Source: an uncultured Candidatus Saccharibacteria bacterium
GTDB taxonomy: Bacteria; Patescibacteriota; Minisyncoccia; Phycocordibacterales; UBA918
Assembly (NCBI GenBank): GCA_964626635.1
Contig: CAZVFY010000001.1
Location: 112,498 to 176,497, forward strand
Direction of reading: 5' to 3'
DNA length: 64,000 nucleotides
Shown here: positions 25,201 to 28,812 of the stretch, piece after piece
How positions within the stretch are numbered: the stretch's first letter is position 1
Layout: each line of letters begins with the position of its first letter
Made by a program: the position numbers and the translations under genes
The notes under the pieces: model-generated
What the model was told of the DNA's origin: nothing
Database searches by the model: none
What the model saw: only the letters and a program-made list of their open reading frames with translations

Positions 25201-26610
25201 CAGGTAGTACCCACCGTTGACACTGTTGGATACCTCATCATCAATGATGACCGAGCCGCCAGTACTCCATGATGCACCCTGATCGAGGGAGTAGTTGACC
25301 GTCAAGGACGGCACCTCGTCTTGGGCATTGTTGCGCAATGCTGCGAGTGATAATCGTAGTTGCGCACCAGACAGAGTTGACCCCTCATCGAGCGGGTAGC
25401 CAAAGTTTGACAGGCGCATGGTATACTGACCACAGTCATCGCAGGTTAAAGTCGTCTCGTCATTTACGTCTGCACTAAAGTCAGTGATTGATCCGGCTGC
25501 CTCGCTTTCAGTGTCCGTATTGTCGACATTGCCAGATCTGGCTGCAGACGTGGTGGCAGTAGTGCCCGCATCATCAGCAGTGGTAGTGCCTGCAGCCGTA
25601 GCTGGTTGCGCCGGTACATTCGGTAGCGAAGTGCTGGTAGTAGCACTAGCAATGGCATTAGGATTGCCAGCCTCAACCGCATCTGGAGCCACTGGCTCTG
25701 TGACGGCGCCCGTCACTGTACTGGTGGCATCTGTTGCCGCTGCAATGTCCACAAGTTCTGGTGAGTCTAAGGCTGCAGTGTCAGCACTCTGCGTCGCCTG
25801 AGGTGCGTCAGCCACATCTATTTCAACAGCATCCGGGACAATCATAGCTTCAGCGTCGGTGCTCACCGCTGTCGTTGTCGCATCAAGCAGCAATCGACCG
25901 AGTGATGGTAAGAACACTGAAATGGTGCTAGTGCCAGCGTCAGGAGCAGTGTCTGTCGTAGCGTTTATCTCGATTGAATCGGTTGAATTATCAATACTCT
26001 CCTCTTCAATAGGAGTGGCAGGCGTGAGCGCGTCATTTGAGCCCGTTTGAGCGTTGTCAGACGGAACAGCATCGGCAACGGTGTCCGAATTGGTAGGCTC
26101 AGTATCCGCTGCTGCTGCTGATGCGTCGTTCGTCTCAACAGCAGACGCGACGTCAGACGTACTCGTGCTCGTACTAACAGCACTTTCAGTTTGACCGGAC
26201 GCAGTGGTAGTTCCGTTTTCTGGCAGGTCTACGAGCTCTGATGATCCCTGATTTGTTATTGACTCAGTACCCTCACCAGACTCTTGTGGCGGCTGGCCAG
26301 CTTGATCGAGAACATCGTTTGGGCCTGCATTGCCATCTACAGCTGGTTCATAATCTGGATCTAGCGTGGCTGAGTTGATGGTATTGAAATCTTGCAATAA
26401 TCCATACTCGTCAACGTTTTGGAACGTAACCGTTTTTGCATTTAGAAAACCTTCTGAGACAACCGCGGCAGGAAACACGTGTACGGTTTTTACAGTGTAT
26501 GCGCTCTGCATCAAATTTGCATACGACGAAAACGCTCCTCCCAATATGAGAGCAGCCAGCAACGCGTAGACAACATACTTTCTGGTACGTTTTGCGTTGT
26601 TCCGAATCAT
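4288..26610 (-). CDS. Giant (7440 aa) secreted adhesin-like protein: DUF2341 and LamG/ConA-like modules, FN3-like pair, IgGFc-binding-like region, beta-helix-like repeats, WxL/pilin-like C-terminal domain
   Basis: Uninterrupted 22.3-kb ORF; N-terminal signal/TM; six W..W..R...D(I/L/V)R DUF2341-like starts; four G.LDE.RI-type LamG ends; YWWR.RA.D FN3 motifs; three tandem super-repeats. Confidence 0.9.
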   Translation of the reverse strand: MIRNNAKRTRKYVVYALLAALILGGAFSSYANLMQSAYTVKTVHVFPAAVVSEGFLNAKTVTFQNVDEYGLLQDFNTINSATLDPDYEPAVDGNAGPNDVLDQAGQPPQESGEGTESITNQGSSELVDLPENGTTTASGQTESAVSTSTSTSDVASAVETNDASAAAADTEPTNSDTVADAVPSDNAQTGSNDALTPATPIEEESIDNSTDSIEINATTDTAPDAGTSTISVFLPSLGRLLLDATTTAVSTDAEAMIVPDAVEIDVADAPQATQSADTAALDSPELVDIAAATDATSTVTGAVTEPVAPDAVEAGNPNAIASATTSTSLPNVPAQPATAAGTTTADDAGTTATTSAARSGNVDNTDTESEAAGSITDFSADVNDETTLTCDDCGQYTMRLSNFGYPLDEGSTLSGAQLRLSLAALRNNAQDEVPSLTVNYSLDQGASWSTGGSVIIDDEVSNSVNGGYYLYALPDITDPAMLRDVVVELRFDHDDATVRELFVESAWLELFVLTPPENTEPTPFDQLIENTGFIDSNLSGDTLTLPDGEQVQFTFTDNNDDETLIIKSDQKTYEGLSQVTTYFSVTNTSDNADEFSVQTYFPNNVGEVTNLEVFSLNKPRQAVIPEYRPYVYHCEAGWAVDEPVDSLNSLTTERATSSQLSPTTTTELALSMTTAAANTAVGTITTTVNETDTETTYSCPGTNLARTCEVIEGEGTACIVTQKVQDHTVTQYARGWDPVTTNAGMGTEQGVLARTAAFFGLRPARKDVPDNFEGRVYTPDQFSIAPGETRYFKMDISFPPFSTGEYWVEAIGNREYGLLDPFWSSDWQYRMPLQVDNPTGTDQTEFQVRLTLDSAINDFWTNVDADGDDLRFVQETMAGNFSNEATAINNWLDFDFTHRIPLEIPAGAADADLANFPISVSLADFGSDFWNNVRSDGGDIRVYTSAGTELAIDLASIDTVAETGELHFLAPIIPTSAATTFYVYFGNSTLMPYAATDPLGAQAVWIEYDAVYHFNDTDVSQGAFLADATGNGNDLVIQNADMATSSGFFGTALDLRGANARAASTTWLFNGGDSLTTSGSYFMSSFDNGAIWQWGNGDQPNDIEFRPWYNAANGLHYFGTDNNTAQSRVIPRDTSIWRGFGTIGTSTLGGTNYWYENGFLQDTAVQVTANPSNTNSNGFNVGREGGGRYWDGQLDELRIRIAPRSVAFVRAESANLSSASDFYVTSGVQTPDNAATRNWYSTSWESRQRFTASDSRVSGTQTDFPVYLDLSILGNDFFNGVANDGSDIRITTGDGVTELPIELVNINTTDNTGELYFKADLGRGDNNEFYIYYDNEDAIAYERNATFGSENVWTNNFRAVYHFEEFAAGINNPDVYLDSTSNRYHADDNNTDTDTSGLFGRGAVFGAGVNDAIEPPNDIIDGIGNHTVSWWHNTTQSIDLSILSGANFDNNNEFSMFFSDPNVFRAYYNTGNELFNLDDTVGTFNTGEWQHYVVTGNTATDEVNLYVDGQGDNENPDTQSMTDTFDIPNGGLVIGQEQDAVNGAYDDQQRLIGQLDELRIAEVVRSAGWAETEYENMADNARFFSTSTAETLAITEFTELDFWIESWDSTADEAVVWVQVANIEAAGSLIYAYYGNSGAESASNELDTFSYDALTESYYVVDNNGAGTVSVVSLVDNNQVQLDGGTAVSLNRGEQATFTTYDGTSALSTFGPVSAAVITDSGDSSDVLVPISFATTSYVLPTARNENRTYVYAPFGTATVDFFLGDSATADDTIVLSSGAVAVSNTNPQGTDSAVQDGEGMRIESNVPILATHRSTNPGDGLTLLEPTTDDLYGVDSDNIVGIGLADAANPTYYCSDGNTGTYSGLTEGDIEVNGETCTNGSEGAGSAVRITGASSGVSFAQQADSDGNEATMFWPTSEFSTQYALTGATAYIAVVCAPEYGAVSLEVTTALGVTIETGTCSPGANTPGKAYFTNGTGSGDGANFAAGTLVRATNDRPFYMIMEDVSIDQDEKNVLGPRQARKFGAGAANFRALAQQEANGPEYTQLSFGWYQNTAALNLTTTWAINSTEFVSEGDSITGAGAVNTGDVLRLRMNVAGGNATSTAGTEAFALQYAPATVGQCGLATDWKLVGGVGSTTAAFAGFNNPSVSDGNTLPGTLLASSTDAGTYEERNLSNFNPVEFSPSTVMEWDWVLLTNNIDVNQTYCFRMIRANGETFDSYDSYPELETVGPPNVPLLQSFFDNEHTTQITPSLSFVANDIAGDDIHYELEIDDNRTFSSVVLSANSLTSPLSFTNLSATADKAPFSSGATVRFDSSSILASSTTYWWRVRASDPNGSGAFSDWSAPFSFTTDTTLTTSEWLQTTGGQFATNALTGVATTTGGADLVSSPGVITSTAIDFDDATIGNAWGELAWDATVTTGSFSVQIEYNNNGTWQLVPDASLTGNATGFTTSPVNLIDLDTREYNEIRLVANLSGSSVTLNNWQVRWGQRVEVPIQGDPFDNQKTADTLPTFDFVSTDPQGDDLEYEISFSTDFDFAGATTTYNSGVSTQFVNESNGSDLSPFISSERVTFDTPSGTPFANGVTYWWRTRAKDPAGGNAWSPWSEPDSFTIDTATTESTWFQTTQDQFSQGFFNGTVATTSGAVSLTNEIGEYGTVTLINNAWETITTSRTYDNMVVVASPEYNVTGQGDGRTPRIRNKTATGFEIKVDDHDGFSGTTVVDYLVLEAGEWELDDGAGGITLLAGTESLASTDLIRQPYDNGTGLTVPISTSFGTNPLAFATIVTVNDSTWVSAHLDAGNRSNEWTGGSIRLSLAKSMSDLPHSSGEDVDFVLMDQGSGTNNGTRFDTGRAFNDVEDSFSNGGHNFNLSGFTTMPGFTLLQQNSEGGGDGSFALKDLSGTQSNTNLFASVIEVGSRADAHGGDETVSLLAFESDTGILRRQDSGGLSGTFAGEDIIFSDGAGPKFANFAWNASTPASSVVRIQLQYRVSEGVYALVPDSQIPGNATGFTTSPIDLSGVDINTYDTIRALATLECVGSSCPTLDDWQLEWSEGVNMSGSLQEYDRTTNVTTGTVRAAVNGVPVSGVGVVSNGTWTLPNVTAFNGQIVTVWVDGADEQDEAVTSFVYDGLGDITGVALYEQHVSFVADEQGTITNQLLGLYDNTDDEDILFAVDGLNNLAVCGSGTCTDANLYVGPGQRYVPATSTAVSVSTHDFINDGTIELDNNSFTLSGSYDNNATSSTDTSTITFTAASTAETITSTEIPLDFHTLNISTGATATITVDVALDLSGDLSVNSGVFDRGESDIAVAGSVLTGATGNWQGTGTTTFNGTGSHTWTDNSPSTQNIGNVTIDGANLTVTAVTDVAAYDVVIGNNDTLVGGTGNTISVGGDWINNGSFNAGTSIVEIVEDDRVYPPIIPGSSDWYSDEDFGRRVPVVIDADEIDSTLTNFPIYLDLSTLGAAFWTDVASDGRDIRITSGDGQTELPHDLVEFDGADDTGELHFLADSVSATTDTSFYVYFANAAATAYAPTAQFGSQAVWAQYEAVYHFNDDVSATGNVVADATSNARDLVVTDNALATTSGQLGVGLNLESLNGYLNNPDFDWTAGDALVTSGWYLMDNADGGAYYQFGTGGNPNTINLRPWSGGGTGGGDGDFDFGDADGFNINPRNTTSWNQFFFVGTTVSGSSNRYYQNAILRDVANQTVNSPSNNDGFEVGRLGGGTTYFDALIDELRIATTTRNTAWIEAEYTNQNTPSIFYSAGVAESFQPDVVVDEATHNIAGGGSAFYTLRLNDASTTPVFTEPSLVVADDFIVATGTVALPTGTLTVGGSFTNNASFMHNNGTVLFNGAGTETITLGGTPFTNILNDVTFAGSGAWSVTDANATTSGQFAIQNGAVTMPTGTLAIGDTMNVTGGSFAHNDGSVRFYSDESINIITGGSAFNDVTFGAGGSFDWFDAAWTRRQQLTISASNLNATLTSFPVYVDLSDLGADFWSNVASDGADVRVTNSDNVQMPVELVSIDTDAETGELHFRADTLLATTDTVFYLYHNNGAASAPAPSSMYGRNNVWSNGYEAVFHLEETGDGTAGEFIDSTGNGYDGQGGAGAAVDVPTRTNGLLGSAQDFENSDNGDFIDLNTAMITGLEGANTKSVSAWSNVESWSDAGGLWNLGGSQTLQDYTVRVNDTNQWRAQHWDGDNTFAARPFGEWQHVALDYDGSDVRTYVNTINEDTIGRSLNTQDVSGYGVLIGRWRTGNYFDGLLDEVRFSSVSRSADWYAAEYANQNSPSTFYTADSQSLSADSQVFRLNEVNTNALGDVTINGVQLVAPTNNFNIGGSALNTGGSYNANNATTTFNSTDTGEVVAFGAAPFYNLVFDGVGGGWTVATNTVENRAVLQTGASFTQQPNTTLTVAGVFENRFAAAATTWTDSTLVLTGGDYVVTDRLDSGDDYANVSVSEDSDVVIWNSTIATSTIADSSSIYMPDYGGTDGLLRIYGQYDRTSGTEHWSYATDFDGTDLTGGSERAAQVRVANGGVVRIASTSALSALGSATASSTVDALAGNYSTVLSGSTIDARYLEVTNTDVAGVQLRDGATLGTFTDIEFAIATGTALTIDAATIEADPSRELNHIAFSTVTGAPHNVTLDDIPAAFWIFKTGTGNRYGESFDNDDGDPGAIQWSDSSFNIAVSGTIFQADTVTPMSAPVCNGVTEVVTVVVDGITTYRAPCSPLDGSYTVTGISYTGEPKLATYLESTAPNNSFVQAEIMSEVTGIGVSQPDFTVTRPEAIDGSVLVAIISKDDDPAITPPAGWTQIAGAGTGADDDIYTGVWYRVVSDASAEPANYTFTTVDNNERYQYWIGALVNVDTTNPLDVSSGVTQLVDDQTPAVPSVTTTAAGGLVLSSWFVDNDAAVDYPTSPDFVTHTEYVPNADNNNFNVVSQRLAVAGATDPLEAVGVNGGRDPHVITFAMRAATGATASGTATAAAITKTPIGATGDTFETITLTGEASGAENVVAGGTLALTRPATQDGDVLIAIIGKEDDPEITPPAGWTAISTLADTTQNDIFTGAWYRIVTNAASEPAAYDFISNGVNTQEHSYWIGSYDNVDTDVVVDAPAAWVKRVDDSTPAAPSVTTVSGGAEIIAAWFVLPELSVDVPSLPWQIRVRNLQVGTTQRNLTVLNRQQAVVGSTGDVMISSIGGGDETHTIQIALRPERISVANAIRNMNLYQDHVVVRHEDSDPLTISDMNLFDNTDDSDVPFVIGTSPDSLTVLAGNGLAVFDGKTFTPGGPVTLSGAGSTIADGSFRIGQSATYLSTTTDGLAVGGSFYVDAGGVYSGASSTVTFGASNPVSISAVGSSTIAIHDVIFAGSGMYALQTPLIVDTDVAVNSGTLTGVSDLTVENGDLSGAGVVDMIDGTVTLGSDNTFGSATPWSFYNLTFGSGAVAGVTTPATGSVVTTINNQLRIASGHFLDAGSTSWNLTGSGTVFDEQGTFLEDTATIRYSGVTPNVTQTAYYDLQIDAGVGSTTLATAPATGLQVLGDLQIGQTGSSTLRLDTNNPTLGVNQDLVIGTNGTLVASAVTPINVFGGWTNDGQFIANGGLVELLNATGTVAINAGDSAFYDLDIAGAGDFVFSESATSTNDTRLLSGSVTVNSAEQLAVGGEFRNQLDNALTTWTGSTLHLFGGGAYVVNDKLDADDYATVRVSSSTQPRFWNSDYAAITTEPGSSLYSMDHDQVIGDLHIYGDLRSDSFNDHWSYARDWDGASLATERIANVLVENGGSVLYTGGALTAAGTSTASTTIGVLGGTGTFDLTLGGTTTVDLHHYVVRDVTSDGLVLAGTPTIIELSHGDFVSPTIGASGITVGASVINANQARNFTGNGFSNASGGAAVNVKATGTPVSSWRFVNAFGNLVGEAFDADPDAGGDPGSIVWEDSAAIIDVTGRVYEADRTTVSNVCNGSTPNIRLSIQGLTFASTTCNATTGEYTFPGIGFGPSDTLTVYINDAGTEAATVTKDPISLIGNLDLYESHVIVRHESSDPMTIEAMSVYDSSNDSDIPFTATTGAVDTLTLAADTGLIIWNDKIFAPGGDVILPGGSIATHSGSLELFAGATFDGGTHAYSIGGSLLSDSAATFDAETSTTTFTSSATGRTIDTNDSGFHSLVLDGLGSWTIIDSEGDINQDLIINRGTLTLPAATTTVSGSFVNTGGSFNANAGALVLDSIEANQHIQFGGSAANRVEFTGSGSWAFLDTNSTTTDDIIISSGLVTLPSGTLEVAGNFIASSTIAHNGGTLLLTDTAGGNELTLGGDDAGTVQISAAGGDYTLTDSDATLLGSLTLTNGVFTSGSGTLAVGQSFDVSGGTFNNNGGTILLNGATSGLFIDTGNDNDFNNLVVAGSGAWTLVGSATTTNNFSLQTAGGFTVAPDSSVYVGGVFSNTVGGAATTWTDTTLVLDGANRYEVGVKTTATETYGTLQIGANSNISFWNSSAATTSVPLSSSLYSQDHAGSDGALNIYGSYTIATTTEHWSAATDFDGANISDRPVTVRIASSSSVILDGGVLNILGVTGATTTITNQGTGQYALIAQAGTLNAEFYDITNIDSDGLQLLLGVGVTSLSNGSFTQTSDGASLITLTPITINSNPNLVVTDTAFNAGGFSGGVNVNLSATTTNSWNFTGAIGDLWGEAFDIDGTDLCSSVRWDDSECLLIEQSNYRWRNDDGGEGAPTGTWYDDDWGQRQRIRVVNNNPTAVATTAVKLPVIYDADMQTDFDDVRVTLADGVSITPHWIERFQSGVDATVWFQAPALNDDVTEFYLYYGNLAANSSSDADQVFDTVEDFESSGLTPYDGDISLFNIGNSFAFGGALGLDTDGNEQQRATDGIARDGVTVSAGQTIRYMQYIDTSAGANDEVCTLFAVQSQMQDNNNYGLCVQQPGVDRISLVRDVVDTEASGTILESSSAIFTTGWYEFVIDWRVDGAMQVAMYDINGTLIADLSAIDTTYSSGGIGFTYWFQHGGWDSYVAYPRIGALPTVYLGDEQLDGGATWAGDQNTPTGGFSFGSVARLRVGIENTGLPIENQNFEIEFAPKLTAATCEAVPATNYAPVPTVASCGTSAICMANSTEVSNGDATSDHLVTDAGDFSAGEIVSNTGNRSNNLNLGQNRYTELEYALTLTTSAANDAYCFRVTDSGDELDAYNNLPELTLAFDPVISEVSLNDGLDIQLTAGTTTLITASTTVTDFNGVADLASATTTFYKTTANSNCTPNDNDCYIATSTCSFTACTGNSCSLQCTIPMVYHADPTDFDAGEEWFAFIEVSDQSGAADLRSSMGVELLTLRALDVQNAIAYGTVDVAQDTGTNNPNVDLINVGNENIDVQVAGTDMSDGIASVIPAGQQRFATSSFNYAACLGCATLSVLGTNVEVDLPKPVATDPPTTDQIFWGIEVPFGTASNPHTGVNTFTAVPD
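6562..17457 (-). repeat. Three tandem protein-level super-repeats in the giant ORF (approx. 17457-12598, 12597-8851, 8850-6562)
   Basis: Each unit has LY..HV...YD...D.D(I/V).F, WNS.......SS(I/L)Y..D...G.L.IYG......HWS.A.D(F/W)DG and ends GE.FD.D....(I/V).W.DS. Confidence 0.85.
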
Positions 26611-26651
26611 CTATACTTACCTCACCTGTAGAGCTAGGATCGGTTTATGCA

Positions 26652-26688
26652 GTATACCGCGCAATCCCCTCAGGATTCCGCGGTATAC
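26652..26688. promoter_or_regulatory. Inverted repeat upstream of the giant gene overlapping a TATACT -10-like hexamer
   Basis: GTATACCGCG-c-AATCC-cctca-GGATT-c-CGCGGTATAC (15 of 16 positions paired). Confidence 0.5.
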
Positions 26689-26725
26689 GCTCAATATGTT
26701 GATAAACAAACGTTATTTTGATGGT

Positions 26726-28258
26726 TTACTTTAGTATTGCCTTCACATCAGTAATCTCTTTTTCAATCAGTGTTTCAGATACTTCAAGTGCCTGAGTCAA
26801 ACCTTCTACAGCTTCTTTCTCGTTCTGTGATAATCGCTTGCGTTTAGTAATGTGGTTGATCTGATCATAAATTTCGTCGCGCAGCGCTGAGAATATTTTT
26901 TCCATCTGATCCTGTATCTCGCGTGTTTCGCGGCGCAGCTTGTCCTCTTTAATTTTAAGCGTTTTCTTCTCGTACCAGACATAGACACTCATAAGTCCTA
27001 GTGCAACAATAAGGAAGCAGATCAATAAATTTACAAATGTGAGATAGTCCAGCAAACTTCGTGACTCTTCGGCCTCGAATGGCTTGACCCAGCCAGCAGT
27101 AACCAAGGCAGCGGATGCAGCCTCGCGAGTGTTGCCAGCGAGATCGTGGGCTACTACGGTGACTGAATATGTTCCATCTTCAAGGTCACGTAGTAAATAG
27201 CCTAACTGAGCCTGCTCCGGAGTGATGGTCTCAGGTTCGTTCGTGCCAACGGTAACATCGTAGCGATCAATACCCGAAGTAGTATCTTCGGCCGAAAACA
27301 GTAGCGTTGGGAACGCGCTGCGGTCATTACCTGGCCTTACCTCAATTGAAAATGGTTCGGGTGGAGTAGTATCAATTCTAAGTAAACGATTAGTAACAGC
27401 TCCCCATCCAACTTGATTTTGGAAGCTGATACTGACGTACTGCTCACCCTCTAATGCATTATCTGCATTAACAGTAAAATCTTCGATGGGTGGGTCGATG
27501 ATCGCACCTTCGTTCTCATGAGGCACGTTGTTAGGATCATCGCTGATCTCTACCGCAATCGCAGTCACATCAAATGGTAATGACCAGCGAAACTGTCCTA
27601 CTACACTGCTGTACCACTCTGCAGCCTCAAGAAAGACCGGTGAACCAATTTCTGGCGCCCTGGGTGGATCACCAAAAATAATTGCGTCTCCGCTCGTCGG
27701 GTCACTTGTTTCAGTTGGGGCTGATTCTTCATTTAGCGCGCTCGGTGTCGGGGCCGTAGCCTGAGCGAGGGTGTACTGACCACCGCTGCCTCCAGCGTAT
27801 ACATCCGTCCCTAGCCCATCAGCAGCTAAGACAGAAGCTTCAGCAAACGACACCCCGGCATCGCCCTCTCCAATCACTCGAAAAGTTACATTGACTACCG
27901 TAGAGCTAGTCGTGAACGGTTGTGGGCTACCACCGCCAAAGGTGATAGTCCCAGCGGTATTAGAAAATGTCGGCTCAGTCGTCCACAGTGAAAATACCGA
28001 ACCATTTTTATCTACGCTTACCACCGATAACTGGGACGGATCGAACCCTAACGTTGCTTCAACTGCGTTCACACTGTCGCCACCAGGTACTGCTCGCACG
28101 GTGGTGGTGAAAGTTTGGCCACTATTATAAGTACCGGTACTGGGCGAAAGATTGAGGGTAGCTGCACTCGCAGACCACCCAAGACCCAGCAGTACTATAA
28201 TAAATACAAACCTGCTCACTATCCGTAAAATATCATTTTGTAAAATTAGCTTATGCAT
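26726..28258 (-). CDS. Membrane-anchored cohesin-domain protein (signal peptide, cohesin, Ig-like domains, C-terminal TM and cytoplasmic coiled coil)
   Basis: ATLNLSP...GQTF...VNAVEATLGFDPSQLSVVSV...GTITFGG...VTFRV...SVLAADG cohesin pattern; TM FVNLLICFLIVALGLMSVYVWY; heptad tail. Confidence 0.8.
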   Translation of the reverse strand: MHKLILQNDILRIVSRFVFIIVLLGLGWSASAATLNLSPSTGTYNSGQTFTTTVRAVPGGDSVNAVEATLGFDPSQLSVVSVDKNGSVFSLWTTEPTFSNTAGTITFGGGSPQPFTTSSTVVNVTFRVIGEGDAGVSFAEASVLAADGLGTDVYAGGSGGQYTLAQATAPTPSALNEESAPTETSDPTSGDAIIFGDPPRAPEIGSPVFLEAAEWYSSVVGQFRWSLPFDVTAIAVEISDDPNNVPHENEGAIIDPPIEDFTVNADNALEGEQYVSISFQNQVGWGAVTNRLLRIDTTPPEPFSIEVRPGNDRSAFPTLLFSAEDTTSGIDRYDVTVGTNEPETITPEQAQLGYLLRDLEDGTYSVTVVAHDLAGNTREAASAALVTAGWVKPFEAEESRSLLDYLTFVNLLICFLIVALGLMSVYVWYEKKTLKIKEDKLRRETREIQDQMEKIFSALRDEIYDQINHITKRKRLSQNEKEAVEGLTQALEVSETLIEKEITDVKAILK

Positions 28259-28755
28259 GAATATACTTGATTACTTTTGTTTGAACGCATTCGGGAAGCT
28301 GTCTTTGGTTTGCTACTACCGACCTTGAGGGTGACCTTTGATTTCTCACTCGCTTTAAGGAGAGGCAGTGTGAGCACTAACACACCGTACTTAATCTTGG
28401 CATCCGCTTCATCGATGTTGACTGACTCAGGTAAAATGATACGGCGATAAAATTCGCCCCACTCGCACTCTTCAGCCACAAACGCACCAGAAACTTTTTT
28501 ACGCGGGAAAGCTATGTGTTCTGGGCGGGTGCGACGACCCTCAATTAGCACGATGTCGGCGTCACCCTCAATGGATACATGCACGTCTTCCATATCAGCA
28601 CCAGCACACTGTGCGTACACGACGATCATCCGTTCTGTTTGGTAGACATCAACGTGTAGTTGAGCAATCTTGTCCGCAGCGGTTTCTTCTGAGTCGGATA
28701 GAAGACCATCATTTTCACGCACCCCCTTACCTTTTAATCGCTGCAGAAAGGACAT
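28246..28755 (-). CDS. Hsp20/alpha-crystallin small heat-shock protein
   Basis: VDVYQT...AG...EDVHVSI...ECEWGEFYRRIILP...A.IKYGVLVLTLP. Confidence 0.9.
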   Translation of the reverse strand: MSFLQRLKGKGVRENDGLLSDSEETAADKIAQLHVDVYQTERMIVVYAQCAGADMEDVHVSIEGDADIVLIEGRRTRPEHIAFPRKKVSGAFVAEECEWGEFYRRIILPESVNIDEADAKIKYGVLVLTLPLLKASEKSKVTLKVGSSKPKTASRMRSNKSNQVYSCIS

Positions 28756-28812
28756 ATATCAATAGTATACAAAGTTTAGTTCTGTCAATGCGTGGTTTAC
28801 CCACACAAGCGA

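Noticed and set aside
4680-26569. Numerous plus-strand and alternative-frame ORFs inside the giant gene, and likewise inside groL, rnj and typA
   Set aside because: Antisense or frame shadows of long coding regions; no motifs or expression signals
173-26610. Type I secretion (RTX adhesin) or autotransporter/two-partner model for the giant protein
   Set aside because: The ABC transporter is MacB-type rather than HlyB-type; no HlyD, TolC or TpsB; no RTX nonapeptides or C-terminal barrel; the protein has an N-terminal signal
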